Assembly (NCBI GenBank): GCA_951406725.2
Contig: OX597819.1
Span: forward strand, 118,172,001 to 118,236,000
Reading direction: 5' to 3'
DNA length: 64,000 bases
DNA from: Octopus vulgaris
Taxonomy: Eukaryota
A model generated the notes under the pieces. It saw only the letters and a list, made by a program, of their open reading frames with translations, made no database searches and had not been told where the DNA came from. Position numbers and translations under genes: made by a program. Positions within the stretch are counted from its first letter, which is position 1. Each line of letters begins with the position of its first letter. Shown here one piece after another: positions 38,129 to 52,116 of this stretch.

Positions 38129-39587
38129 CAAACACATATATATGCTGGGGTTAGGCCAAAATAATGGAAACGCCTAGCATCATAATTTTGAAATATCTAT
38201 AAAACCGTCAAAAGCTTGTTTACTTTCATGTTTTTTTTTTTTACTTATCATTAGTGTTGCTTGATATATTTTGCAAAAAATTACTGTTTCATTTCAGAAA
38301 TCGGCAGAAAAAGGTAATTAAAATTCATGAAAATGACAGATCTATCGGTCTTTCAAAGAGGTCAAATTGTCAGTGCTCGCATAGCAGGCGCTAGTGTAAC
38401 AAAAACACCCGAAATGATTAGTATATCAAGAAGTACTGTCTGGAACGTAATGTTAGAAAGGATCACAAAAGTACAGCTCCCAAAATTACTGCAGAGCTTA
38501 ATAACCACCTCGAGAACACAGTTTCCGCAAAAAACTGTTCGACGGAAGTTGCAAAAAAAACCGATTTTACGGGAGGGCTGCCATCAGAAAACCACCACTT
38601 ATCGGTTTTTTTTGTAACTTCCGTCGAACAGTTTTTTGCGGAAACTGTGTTCTCGAGGTGATAATTAAGCTCTGCAGTGATTTTGGGAGCTGTACTTTCG
38701 TGATCCTTTCTAACATTACGTTCCAGACAGTACTTCTTGATATACCAATCATTTCGGGTGTTTTTGTTAGACTAGCGCCTGCTATACGAGCACCGACAAT
38801 TTGACCCCTTTGAAAGACCGATAGATCTGTCATTTTCATGAATTTTAATTACCTTTTTCTGCCGATATCTGAAATGAAACTGTAATTTTTTGCAAAAGAT
38901 ATCAAGCAACACTAATGATAAGTAAAAAAAAACATGAAAGTAAACAAGCTTTTGACGGTTTTATAGATATTTCAAAATTATGATGCTAGGCGTTTCCATT
39001 ATTTAAGCATTGCATTTGATTACATTCATCCTATGTTTGCGGAACTACCTCTGGGGGGAAACGCAATCTTTCAGGATGATGAGGCACCTATTCACAAATC
39101 TAATTAGCACGAGAAGTATTCTAGTGAAGTTGAACATCTTTACAGGCAACCACAGTCCCCATATCTCAATAGTGTTGAACATTTATAGTGCATTTTAGAA
39201 AACCAAGTAAGGAGTCGATATCCTCCACCATCATCATTACCAGAACTGGAGACAGTTTTAATTGAAGAATGGACAAAAATTGCTTTGGAAACATTCAAAC
39301 TTTGTAGAATTTATGCTGTAATTACTGCCAAAGTCTGTCCTACGCCATATTAAAATTAATGTATTTGAAATTTTTTAGAGTTTCCATTATTTTGTCCAAC
39401 ACCAGTACATATATATATATAGGACAGGCTTCTTTCAGTTTCCATGTACCAAATCCACAAACAAGGCTTCGGTCTACCCGAGGCTATTATAGTAGAAGTC
39501 AGTTGCCCAAGGTGCCGCGCAGTAGGGCTGAACCTGGAATCATGTAATTGAGAAGCAATCTTCTTTCCACACGGCCACACCTTCACC

Positions 39588-39588
<1 letters not shown>
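37850..39588 (-). mobile_element. SINE family 1 copy split by a Tc1 insertion
   Basis: 3' half at about 37850-38035, then (CA)n, the Tc1, (TA)n, and the 5' half at about 39421-39588. Confidence 0.75.
38145..39405 (+). mobile_element. Tc1-like transposon with internal fold-back duplication
   Basis: TIRs ctggggttaggccaaaataatggaaac and gtttccattattttgtccaacaccag-ta; N-terminus MTDLSVFQRGQIVSARIAGASVTK (Tc1 HTH); C-terminal FQDDEAPIH motif near 39070. Confidence 0.88.
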
Positions 39589-39624
<36 letters not shown>

Positions 39625-40125
39625 GTACGTATGTATATATATGAAATCACACACATATGAGTATGCATGCATGCAGACATACCTAACTACATACCTCCCT
39701 TCATACTTATATACACAAATCATCTCCCGAACATATTTCTTTTGAATCTGTGCCAAATTCATTAAATATCTGTCATTCAGTTTATCACTTTTGATTCAGT
39801 CTCTCATAACTCCGTCCCTCTCAAAACACTAACATTAAATATCTTTGTTACCATTGTATGTGTTGTTGTTGTAGTTAGTATGATGTGTTTTATCACTTGT
39901 TTGTTTTACTGGGTTTTCAAAGATCGCTACATAGAGGAAGCAGTGTATTAAATTTACCCTCAATCAGTATTTCGGTCAATAAGCATCGTTGTTTTATCTT
40001 TTTCTTTGTGATATATATTTGTAGTTTTTATTGATTTTCTTCAACGCTTTAGACGTAGTATTTCATTAGCAAAACAAGACTATAAATCTATTTTTCCCCT
40101 CACTCTCAATCAACTTATATATTTC

Positions 40126-40159
<34 letters not shown>

Positions 40160-40259
40160 ATCACGTTTCAAGTTAAACTCATTTTTTATTACCTATCACA
40201 AAGACCATTCATATACAAATATGGCTTTATTCGTTGAAATTATACTCATCATATTAATA

Positions 40260-40296
<37 letters not shown>

Positions 40297-40997
40297 TATG
40301 TTGGTTATAAAAATATACCATATATATGTTACATTCAGTGTATGTTACTATATGTAGATTTCTACAGTATAAGTGTGTATACGGTGGCATTTACATATAT
40401 ATGTGTATATATATATATATACGTATGCCTGTAAAACACATAATAGAATTAATGCCGTTATTCATTTCAAGATCCTTTTAAAAAAATTGCCTCATGAGCA
40501 GAACATTGTCTATATGATGTTCTTACAAACTTTGGAGGGAAATAGTTTGTCAGAGAATTGATCCAAAAATATTTAATATGATATTAACCAATGAAAGACC
40601 AATAATGACCTATCACATTATACCTGCATATTCTATATCATACCTGCATAGTTTATCTAAAACAAGTTTTCGGCAATAGGCCCAAAATTCGGGGAAGGAT
40701 TGTTCGATTTCATCATCCTCGGTGCGTAACTGTTACTTATTCAATAGATGAAAGGCGAAGTGAATCGACTTCAAAGACGGACGAAATGTAGCTAATTATT
40801 TTTCCCGCAAGGCTAACAATTATGCCAGCTATACCCCTTATTAGCACTTGTTAAAACATATATAATTAACAGAAAATGAATTTTGGGATAAATGTAATAA
40901 TATACTTTAAGTTGTTTGGACGGGTCGCCAAAACTGAAGTTCATAGTGCAATATATTTTGACATGTGATTAATTTATAGTATATATATCTTGTGTAT

Positions 40998-41331
40998 TGA
41001 GACCCCCTTCGGTCATGGCTAAACATGGAATTGCAGCAAGAAAGTTACACCACCCCCCCGCCAAGCACCAGACCGGGCAAGGTTGTTTTTTTTTTATATG
41101 GAAGTCCAGCAGTCGCCCATGCATACCGGCCTCCCTTCTCCACGCCAGCAGTGTTATCCAAAGGAAAGGCAACAGCAGATTCAGCTTGTCACCTGTGACG
41201 TCGCAACTCATTTTTACCGCTGATTGAACTGGAGCAACGTGAAATATAAAACGCAGCTCCGTCCGTGATTAGAACTCACAATCTCACGGTCGTAAGCTCG
41301 ACTCTCTGGCCATTGAGCCATGTGCCTTCAT
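40998..41331 (-). mobile_element. SINE family 3 copy
   Basis: Reverse complement of 6186-6526 (gacccccttcggtca ... ccattgagccatgtgccttca). Confidence 0.8.
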
Positions 41332-41534
41332 CTTGAGTAAATTAAGTATATTATATTAACGCTACGTTAACTGACAAAACGCAATACTTGTCAGTCAAGC
41401 ATGTAATAGAAATCGTATCTTGTTTTTTCTACACATTCACATTCATTTTCATTTTCAACTTAGGTGCAATCTTTCAGCGAAATAATTATCTATATAAAAT
41501 GACAGCGGATTTATATATGACAATGTTATACATC

Positions 41535-41586
<52 letters not shown>

Positions 41587-41589
<3 letters not shown>

Positions 41590-41950
41590 GGTGGCTGTGT
41601 GGTAAGTAGCTTGCTAAACAACCACATGGTTCGGTTCAGTCCACTGCGTGGCATCTTGGGTAAGTGTCTTCTGCTATAGCGGCCGATGCCTGTGAGTGGA
41701 TTTGAGACGGAAACTGAAAGAACCTGTATATATGTATATATATATATATGTATGTGTGTGTTTGTGTGTCTGTGTGTCCCTACATTGCTTGACAACCGAT
41801 GCTGGTGTGTTTATCCCGTCACTTAGCGGTTCGGCAAAGAGACCGATAGAATAAGTACTGGCACAAAGAATAAGTCTTGGGTCGATTTGCTCGACTAAAG
41901 GTGGTGCTCAGATCCGCAGTCAAATGACTGAAACAAGTAAAGAGTAAAAA
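41587..41950 (+). mobile_element. SINE family 1 copy with many small deletions
   Basis: Colinear with 13910-14281 but repeatedly missing bases. Confidence 0.8.
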
Positions 41951-41960
41951 GAGAGAGAGA

Positions 41961-42013
<53 letters not shown>

Positions 42014-42781
42014 CTTATGTTTGAAATGACTTGACCCCTGTCACATTATGACTGATATATATGTTTCAACTATATGGCCGATACTGATAAAATAAGCTGG
42101 TTGTAAAATAATTTGTCCCATACCATCTACTTATCCCGTCTCCTGAATACCGCTGTTCTAGTGCATCAGTTTGAAACACTTATTTGATAGATTAGGATGG
42201 AAAACTTCTTCCAAGCATTTCTCAGATATTTTAAATTCAGAGTTCAAATTCTGCAAGGTTAAATTTTTTTTTATTGCGTGGGCTCAAGTAAATAACAATT
42301 CTTCGAATCACTGGATTCGACAGAATTAGTTAAGCTTCTTCCCTGAAAATCGCTTACCTTGTGCTGAAAATAAAACTATTATTTTTGAGATTCGCAGTTT
42401 TATGAACTTGATCGCTTTCTTCTTAATGTATACTTGAATAATTTTGCAACGTTTTCTGGGTACGTTTGCAAAGTAAAATGAACCACAATGTAGTGTTGTA
42501 TCCTTTTATCTTTATAATAAGCTTTTCATTATTTTATTCTATAATTATAATGAAATATCAAAAAGCAAAAATTTTAGGTTCCAATCGTGTTAAGCATAAA
42601 ATGTTAGCAATATGATTATAGATAAATCAAAGCCGAAATGTAAAAATATCGAAGATGTAAATGGATAGTATACATCCAATGAAGGAGCCGTAGACCTGGG
42701 CTAGAAACAGACTGCATCTCTATTTGGCAAGAAATCTTAAAATAAATTTAATGAATGTATTAATGAATATATGCATGTATA

Positions 42782-42833
<52 letters not shown>

Positions 42834-42849
42834 AGTATATATATATATC

Positions 42850-42983
42850 GTGTTCCTTTCTGTTGAATAGCCTAAGCTGGAAACGTAAAATACTTTCTCA
42901 CTTTCCCGAGGGTTATATTAATACATCTGTTTGTTACTATATACACCTGTCTACGTCTTTTCTTTTTCCTGTAAATTCCAACT
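42850..42983 (+). mobile_element. Family A hammerhead-motif element, degenerate
   Basis: ccttt-CTGTTGA-atagcctaagctg-GAAAC-GTA-aaatac...tacatctgtttgtt...acacctgtct.cgtctttt...(ta)n. Confidence 0.65.
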
Positions 42984-45900
42984 ATATATATGTGTGTGTG
43001 TGTGTATGTATGTATGTATGATCATTGGTTCGTTCGGCCACAGATAAACAAACAACATACATACATACATATAGTCAGTAGATTCTCTCTTTCATTATGT
43101 ACGCATGCGTGTGTGAGCTCACTACTTTCAAGGATGAAGATTCAAGAACTAGATTAAGAGAATTACATTTTTATTGAATATTTTTTGTAAGTCACCACGT
43201 TGTGATATTAAAATTCTTAGTGAGAATCCACGTGGCACGGTGTATGATTTGGATGTATCTTTTTATTCTATGCTCATTTGATTGGGTTTCATATATTTTC
43301 CATCATGTATATCTTCATTCTCAATAATTAGGTAATAAAGGGCAGGCATTAGAAAAACCGCCGTCCCAACTCTCTGCGAAAACGTGAGATTTTCTAGTGT
43401 ATGTATGTATGTATGTATGTATGTATGTATGTATGTATGTATGTATGTATGTATGTATGTATGTATGTATGTATGTATGCGTGTATGTATGCATGTATGT
43501 ATGTACATTCACAATATTCAGAAGTAGTTGAGAGGGGGAAGAGGTATGAGTGACCGGTGAAATTACTAAACACGGTACACTCCAACATCAGCTTGGTTTG
43601 AATGAAGGCATAGAAACCATCACCATTACAAGAACGATGGTAATGACGCTTTTAACGTTCCATAGTTGACAAATGTATTTAACACTTGTGCACTAAAATC
43701 TTCTAGATGCTGAAATTCTGGAAGTTTGGAATAGGGGTTAGGATTTTTACAGTTTAAGAAACATTAGTGATCAGAGACGTAATGTTTGTAATGGAAATGT
43801 TTGAGTGGAACTGATAGTCAATTGATAGTCAGAGCTTAATCTGATTTATACATGCTTTTGTATTAATTATATAACAGAGAGAATGGGGAAACGGCATGGC
43901 TAGTGACCGAATTCGAGCCTGCTAATCAATACTTTTCTACTAGTTTGATGTGTAAATGTTTACAAGATGCGTACTTCTTGCTTTCATTTGAACTCATACG
44001 AGCTTAGATTTTGCTCCCCTTTTATCTGTTATATTGATGAAAGTTTTCCTCACCAGGCTTAAAATAATACGGATACCTAACAAGTGTTGTACACCGACGA
44101 ATGTTGCCTCACTATTACAGTGCATCATGATCTGAGATGAAATTTTTTATTTTGTTTCGGGGACGGCTTTACCGAAGAGCAAATTTAGCATGAATTGACT
44201 GCAGTATGCTTTGTACACCTCTATTTCTAGAGTCACAGCGGCTTTTGCAGACACCTTGCACCACAAATTCTTACTACTGTTATATCAATAAAAACTACAA
44301 CCTCACCTCACAACTTAGATTTAAGATAGAAAGTGTCGGGAAATTTGTAGGATATAGAAAACCAAGCATGAACACGATCAGTGATGATATTTATGTGCCA
44401 GTAACTTTTGATGAAATAGATATATTGTAATGACGTATGAACAAAGCCCTAGCAAGTATTGTGCCGGAATCAGGCCCGCATAAACGCAATGCGGAAGGAA
44501 ATCGGGAAGGTCATAGGACTTTATTCCAGTCCCAGCAGAATCAAACGGGAACATCACTGGAGATTCAATTATTTCTTGCAACTGAGAATATTTCGTATAT
44601 TTCTTAATATTTCAACTAGTCAATAGAAAAGGAGAAAATATATTTGCAATATAAAAAGAAACGTTTTCCATTAGAACTTTCTGCATTTTATGATCTGAGC
44701 ACTTTCTCCACCGTTGGTGGTAATGACTAGACTGATACAAACTACAAAACAGCAGAAGATACATCAGCAACAACAAAGAAACCATTCTATATACAGACAC
44801 GCGACAGAAGAGCTTCAGAAAAGTAAAATAGCAGAAATAGATCTTACATAAAACACGAACTTAGTTAGTCTCACTGACCTGATATTTGAAATCAGGAAAA
44901 TGCTTAGATCAACAATGGATAAACTGATGTCGCTGTTGTGTAGTTGAGGATACTGGTGCAGCTTGGTTATATATAGAAAAATAGCGTACAAAATATTCGT
45001 GATTTATCCGTTTGTGCACATCAAACATGAAATACGGACACATTCATGCTTAATACATACACACAAACGTACATAGGACATAGAATAGCATGAACAAATA
45101 TATAATATAAGTATGTGTTCACTAATATTACAGTGCATGTGTGCGTACATACAGATATTTTGTCTGTGTATTATATGCATGTCTCAGAGTGTGAGAAATA
45201 AAATTTGAAACACCATATGTATATCATATGTATATCATGTATATATACATATATATACATATATATATATATACATATGTGTGTATATATATATATATAA
45301 TACCAACCATGCATACACATATATACAATGCTCATATAAATACCGTTGAAGCCTTTACTTAATTATTCTAAGAACAGTTCATCTCAGCTAGGCAGATAAT
45401 TTTGTGCTGGACTAAAATCAGCTATAACACAACACGTTTAGCAATACACTCTGTTCATATTTTCATATTGCTATATGTCTGTGATTTTCACACGTGGTCA
45501 TATGTGGAACTCTTATTATCTCCCATCTTCCGATTCTCTTTTTATTCTTATTTAGCTATATAGTATTCCCTGTTTATCTAACAAGGATTCAGCGATAATA
45601 CAAACGGTTGGAGTACCAAGTACGAACTCAAAATGTCGGTTGAATTGCGACAAATGACGGCCAAATTTACTCACTTAAAACCATGCAATGTTAATGCGTG
45701 TTGCATTAGGCAACGTTCATTAACAGACATAAATGACTGGGAAGGTACAAGGGAATGCTTTTGGTTTTAGCTATCTTCAAACAGAGTTGAGTGGGTTGTT
45801 AACAAGAACGATAAAGTGATTTATTGAACTAAGAGTGTAGCTTGTTACCAGACAGTAGAACGGCGGTTCCTTCACTTATCACTGCTCTGCGCCTGTAATG

Positions 45901-46639
45901 GCTTTAGTGCCAACAACAGTTCTTTGACAACATATGTATGTAAATAGATATTATGTGGTAGGACATATTTTATTGCTGAAGATAACACTGTTTTTCAATA
46001 TAGCTTCTGTTTACCTGGCAGGTTAAAGAAATAGAGAAATATGGAAAAAAAAAAATTAACGAAAAGCGAAAAAGCGTATGGACAACCTGAGAGAAAATTA
46101 TAAATCTAGCAGCAGTGTAAATTCTTAACAGGGAGTTATTTCAGGGAAAATAAGAGTTATAAAAACAAATCGCCTTCAATATCTAGGAATAAACTGCGTC
46201 TTCTACAAACAATGTCAATATTGCTGATTTCTCATGTGATTTGCTATCATGCAATGCAAGCAGGTTTCAATTTAAATATACGTGATAGAAAAGATATTCG
46301 CATTACCGAAGCTTACACTTTTGCAATAAAGATGTCCAAGGCGATATTTATCCTTCAACACAACTCTATGAACTGTGCAAATAAATCCAGGCCGTATAGA
46401 TAAAATAACTGTAATCAGAGAAAAATTGAAAGACTGAACTTACAGGTTCTGTTCAAATTGCGAGTATATTTTCTCATACGGAACTCTTTATATCAGTAGC
46501 AGGATATGTATCTAGAGGCATGGTACGTAGGAATGCATTGCGATATATTTGAAATGCGATTGGCTGCAGAACAAATGTACACATCAGAGCAATTTGCCTC
46601 AAATGCAGATCCATAGCCTTAATATATATATATACGTAT

Positions 46640-47000
46640 GATAAATATGGGACAAGAACGCAAAACATCCAGACAGGCGACACAAAGAAAACAAGGACGG
46701 GTCACTCGTAGTTTTCTATCCTCAGTCGAGTTTCAGATTATCTTTGAAATTTCTGCTGGTTATACTCGAGATTGCTCCAATCTGGCCAGCCCCAAGGAAA
46801 AACTAAGTGTACTAGACTCTTTGGAAGAAAGCAGCGAATGTATACGAAAACAAGGACAGGAAAAAAACAGAGAGATGTTACACAAATACAAATGCAATTA
46901 ACAGGACATAACAATTGGTGTCTTTCGACTGCGGACGAATCAAATTAAACTGGCGTATGTGGAAGTAAAGCCTTACGGCGGAGACATAGGATTTGATAGG
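46640..47000 (-). mobile_element. (TA)n-anchored element, family B (longer copy)
   Basis: Homologous to 14338-14500; abuts a TA run at 46622-46634; right boundary uncertain. Confidence 0.65.
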
Positions 47001-47122
47001 CACAGAGAGGAATATAGATGCTGCACAGATAATTTATAAATTTGCCCACCCAGTCCTCTCACAACACCAATCTAAACAGTGCATGTTACTGTTGTTACTA
47101 TTATTATCATTATTATTATTAT

Positions 47123-47570
47123 TAAGGCGGCCGTTGGCACGCCGGGCGAAATACTTAGGGGTATTTCGTCCGCCGCTTGTTTGTCCCCTATGTGTTTAGC
47201 CCCTTGTGGGTAGTAAAGAAATAGGTATTTCGTCTGCCGTTATGTTCTGAGTTCAAATTCCACTGAGGTCGACTTTGCCTTTCATCCTTTCGGGGTCGAT
47301 AAATTAAGTACCAGTTACGCACTGGACTCGATGTAATCGACTTAATCCATTTGTCTGTCCTTGTTTGTCCCCTCTGTGTTTAGCCCCTTGTGGGTAGTAA
47401 AGAAATAGCTATTTCGTTTTTCATTACGTTCTGAGTTCAAATAGCGCCGAGGTCGACTTTGCTTTTTATCCTTATGGGGTCGATAGAATCAATACCAGTT
47501 GCGAATTGTGGTCGATGTAGTCGAATTACTCCCTCTCCGAAACTGCTGGACTTCAGTTAAAATATGAAAC
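47123..47570 (+). mobile_element. SINE family 2 with tandem internal repeats
   Basis: aaggcgg head, then ...gccccttgtgggtagtaaagaaatag at about 47200 and 47385, each followed by tatttcgt...ttctgagttcaaat. Confidence 0.82.
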
Positions 47571-49605
47571 TTTTATTATTGCTGTTGTTGTTGAATAGCC
47601 TACATGGAATGATGTTGTTGTTGACACTTTTGCTGTTTTATAATCGTTATTCTTATATCCAAAATATGCGCTGTATCTACTGTGCTCTTATGTAATTTGT
47701 TCCCACTATGCGAGTTGCATTACTTTGACGATTCATTTAATGAATAATGCATCGATAAAAGTTTCTATCATTTCCTAAAAGAACATGGTCTTCATATACA
47801 TTGGTATAGTTTGACTGCTACCCCTAACTTGTCGTTACTGTTTTTGAATAGAACATCAAATGATGTAATGCAGTTGCTTTTCTGAACCGTTTTCGACTTA
47901 AAGAAAAATAATTGCTATCTCCTAGCATACACGACTTAAATATAGCTCTCTGGCAGCGTTTAAAGCTGTTAACGATACGATATTGATTTCTTACACTGGC
48001 ACAAGTCTGAAGCTCACAGTCGATTAAGTCGTTTAGTACTCCACTGTTACTTATTAGATCGGCATAGGAGAGATGAAAATAATAGATGATACCGGCGAGA
48101 TTTTAGCTCAGAATGTATAACTAAATACTGCAAGGAATTTTATCCAGCTCACCGACTTTATCAGCATTATATTATTAAATATATAAAGCAAATGTGTCAA
48201 AAGAGAAGTAAAAAAAATCTTCTTGTAAATCACACTTTCCCATACAAAAATAAATGTAATTTAAGTCATCGATTATTTTTGAGTAATATTTTGGCTTTTA
48301 AAAATTTCTGTGAGGTTTCTTTCTCTTCATTTTACTTCAATATAAAATATAAAATACATGATTATTTGTCCTCATTATGGTTATTCATTATTAGGTTTTC
48401 CTTATATTTTATTTTACTATTTTATATTTAGATAATCTAAAATGACGCAGCTACCTTTTTTTTTTCATTGTATTAAAACTAATAATGAAAATTCTGATGT
48501 GAAAATGGAATTAAATTGAGCAAAAACGAAAACGAGAATTAGAAAACTACCACTAATGGTACAAATAATGATGATAAAAATAATAACAACATCAACAATG
48601 TTCATCGTAGGAATACTGTAAGGAAACTAAATAAATATTAACAAAATGTGATGACTGCAATTTTTAATTTATGAGCATCATGAAACGACGATCAAGATGG
48701 TTAAGGTGATCGCAATAATGTAATTGAGAGCGACAGCCACAGAATTAGTACCATGAACGCATCAAAACTGCTAGCAAAATGTGTAGGAAATTTACTGAAT
48801 ATAAACAAACACATTAATCAAATAATCAGAAGGCCATAAATATAAATAATAAATCAACCCAATTAAAATAATGCTAACGATACAATAAAAAAATAGTGAA
48901 GAAAGAAAATCAGATTCTACTTTTTATATAATTATATTCTATTTTCCGATACTTCTTAATATTTATTTCTTTATTATAACATACTTTCTTCCACCTGTTT
49001 CGTTGGAAAACATGCTTTTAAAATCAATATGTGTTACTTTCCATGTAATTTCAAGTTTTTTAACACCTAGACAATACAGAACAGACGGTTTCTCGAGAAC
49101 AGTGCTATTTCGTTTGAGAAAGACGTGAATTAAATATGAAGATAGAATTTCAACGCCATCAACAATACATGGCAGTGAGAATCAGCTATTTCAAAACATT
49201 TAGCAATATAAAGAAGTCATTTGACGCTAAGCCGACGTTAATAAATAGCTATAGGAAATCACGTAGCACTTATAAATAATACTCTACATTAATAACATAT
49301 TATTATTTTCATAGTAAAGAAATAATGGTTACGATAGTTGCAATAGTGACGGGAACAGCATCAGCATTTAACTTTTCTATTATATTCACTTCATTTAGTA
49401 AACCTAGAAAACAGCAAAATGCACTTTTATATTAATACTTGTATGATTATAAATATTATGCATATCATACATTTTCATATTTTTTATGAATTTCGATCGA
49501 CTTAAAGAACTAAAAACTTATAAACAAAGCACTACTATGTATGTATGTATGTATGTATGTATGTATGTATGTATGAATGTATGTATGTATCTATCTATCT
49601 CTCTT

Positions 49606-49665
<60 letters not shown>

Positions 49666-49683
49666 GAGACAGACTGACAGACA

Positions 49684-49875
49684 GAGAATTCACAAAAAAA
49701 AAAACCAAAAGACGAAGACAGGTGGTGTAGTCAACAAATAGATGCGTTAGTATAACGATCAGGAACTGAAAAAAGGCTTTAACATTTCGAGCCTACGCTC
49801 TTGCACAGAGAGGAACACAAAAAGAAACGAAGACAGAAAATAAAGAATTTGTTGTGGCTAGCGATATATGATGGC
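49684..49875 (-). mobile_element. Family A hammerhead-motif element
   Basis: Minus strand cctct-CTGTGCA-a-GAGC-gtag-GCTC-GAAAT-GTT-aaagcc; same flanks as the other copies (aaaagacgaagacaggtggtgta). Confidence 0.68.
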
Positions 49876-49989
49876 GAATGCCGGACAGAGCGGTTACGCA
49901 GGAGAGATAGGAAGAAGGGGATATAATAAAATAGTGATAATAAAGTTATATAAATACACACACAAACAGTGTGCAGTGTGTACATTGTT

Positions 49990-50808
49990 GCCATTTAATA
50001 TTTTTAATTTCGCGCATGCATATTATTGATTGTTTGTGATTTTGTCAACTACACAATGTAGTACGTTCAGTCGGGCACCGTCTGGGAGAAAAAGAAGAAC
50101 AGCGCCATGAAGCAATCTACTCTGCCAGAAATTTGGAAACGACATATTCTATTGCTTGGCACTCGCGCCGGCAGCTCCACTATGAACATTTCAGAGATTT
50201 CAGTGTCAATCTGAGGACACATACAAAGAGTGACAAACTGAAACACCCAGTCACCATCATGGTGTTTGTGAAGTTATCCATTCGTCATCCCACATGGCCT
50301 CAGACTCAAAGCGGTACCCCTATTAAGTGCCTGGAGGAAGTAGTGCTGTCTTACGTCAAGAGGGTGGCTGCTGGAAGGCCTTATGTCTTGCAACAGGATT
50401 CTGCACCGTGCCACACAAGCAGGAGAACCCAATCATTGCTGTGAGATAATTTCTGCGACCACATTACCCCTAATATTTATCCACCTAACTCACCAGACTG
50501 CAACCACCTTGTTTATCATTTGTGGTGTGGATTTGAGGGACATACCAATAGAAATCTTTGTAACACCAAAGATAAACTGAAAGCAAGGATTATGATAATA
50601 TTCACCAACTTAACGAAGGCGACTGTCCAGAAGAGTTGCAAGGCATTCCGAAGTCGTCTGGGGTTGTTGTTGAAGCCAATAGCGATTCTATTGAATAAAT
50701 GTACTCTTTAGTATTTCAAGATATTTTAATGTAAATTTGGTAAATTTGAGATGTCAGTGTTATTTTTTATTGTTGTTTAATTTGGACGATAATAAATTCA
50801 CCGCACCC
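49990..50808 (+). mobile_element. Decayed DD37D/maT-like Tc1-mariner transposon, internally deleted
   Basis: KHPVTIMVF, GRPYVLQQDSAPCHTSRRTQ and PPNSPDCN motifs across frames; TIR-like end aattcaccgcaccc-ta. Confidence 0.75.
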
Positions 50809-52060
50809 TATGCGTGTGTGTGTGCGTGCGTGATGTTATAAGTAAGGGTAACAAAGTGTCCAAAGACATAGATAAATAGATAATGGGTACATACAATCCA
50901 TGGTCAAGCCGGAACCAGTGCCTAAACTCCGACGTTAATATTCAGGATCTGCATAATTGTTGGCTATTAACACTATGGTGGTCGAGCTGATGGAGGTATA
51001 ATTGAACAAAGCATGAACATGCAGTTGCAAGTCATCAAATTAAATTATCACATATTGATATATATTGAAGAATAAACCAATAATATATAATAAAAATTTA
51101 GCACAAATCCTGGAAAGATCCAGAAATAAAAGACGGATACCATCCAGGATGGAGTGACACATCTACTTATATTTATATGATCGAGATTTTTAAGGAATAT
51201 CTATAATATCCCTGGTGAGGTATTTGGAATTGGTGGAAAGAAATGGAATACGTAAACCTTTATTACTTTTTCTGAGGCAGTTCCATGTTAATTGCAGATT
51301 TATGCATTTTGTTGGCAGCTCATAATGTGATATGGAACCAATCATACCGACAGTAGAATAACGAGACGGGTGCGTACCACATTCTGAGATTAGTTTTACG
51401 CTTTATTTTATGGATTTACTGGGGCTTCATCGTGTGTGGGGGGCAATGTATGAGCGCAGTAAATGTGGTGTAAATGAATATGAAGAGAGAATGGAAAAAC
51501 AGATTTATTAAAAGAAGAGGACTGGAGAAAGATAGGGAAAATTTATGATTTCTGGTCAGGTATGGAGAAGGAAATATGGTAAAGACGAATTTTCCGGATT
51601 GTCTTGCAGAAATAGGACCTGTTGAATTAATATTGATTGGTTTGAGGAACTATATATATTTTGTTTGGAATTCAATCGAACAGTGTTTATAAATAGCAGA
51701 TGAAAAATCTTGCAGGATTTCATATGGAAGAAATGTGACATATTATTTATAATTGCTGAGTTTTTGCAGGTTTTATATGAACAATTCGAAATTTTCTGTA
51801 GGTTTGTTACCGTAAGAAGTTCAAGGTGCTTGTTTGAATTAAGCGTTTTTAGATTTTGTACAGGTGTGCTAAGGAATATAGGTGTGACAAGTTAGGCTGT
51901 TATCAGATCAAAAGTAGTGAGTGAAGTTGAAATTGAACCTATTTTTCGAGTTCCGCCTGTGTTTATAGAAGAGTTAACTTAATATTAATTTTGTTAATAT
52001 GAAGTTTGTATTCAAAATGCATGCGCGTTACGTTCAAACACGTTTAGGACATTTCCCGTA

Positions 52061-52116
<56 letters not shown>

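Noticed and set aside
42357-42364. 6-nt microexon-like signal ttttattttcag|CACAAG|gtaagc on the minus strand
   Set aside because: It falls within a decayed family 2 SINE tail, so a chance match is likely; junction reads would be needed.
44612-44800. Hydrophobic ORF MVSLLLLMYLLLFCSLYQ as the PXYLP1 transmembrane exon
   Set aside because: Correct strand, but no convincing phase-1 donor after the hydrophobic stretch and no recognisable similarity; cannot be supported without transcripts.
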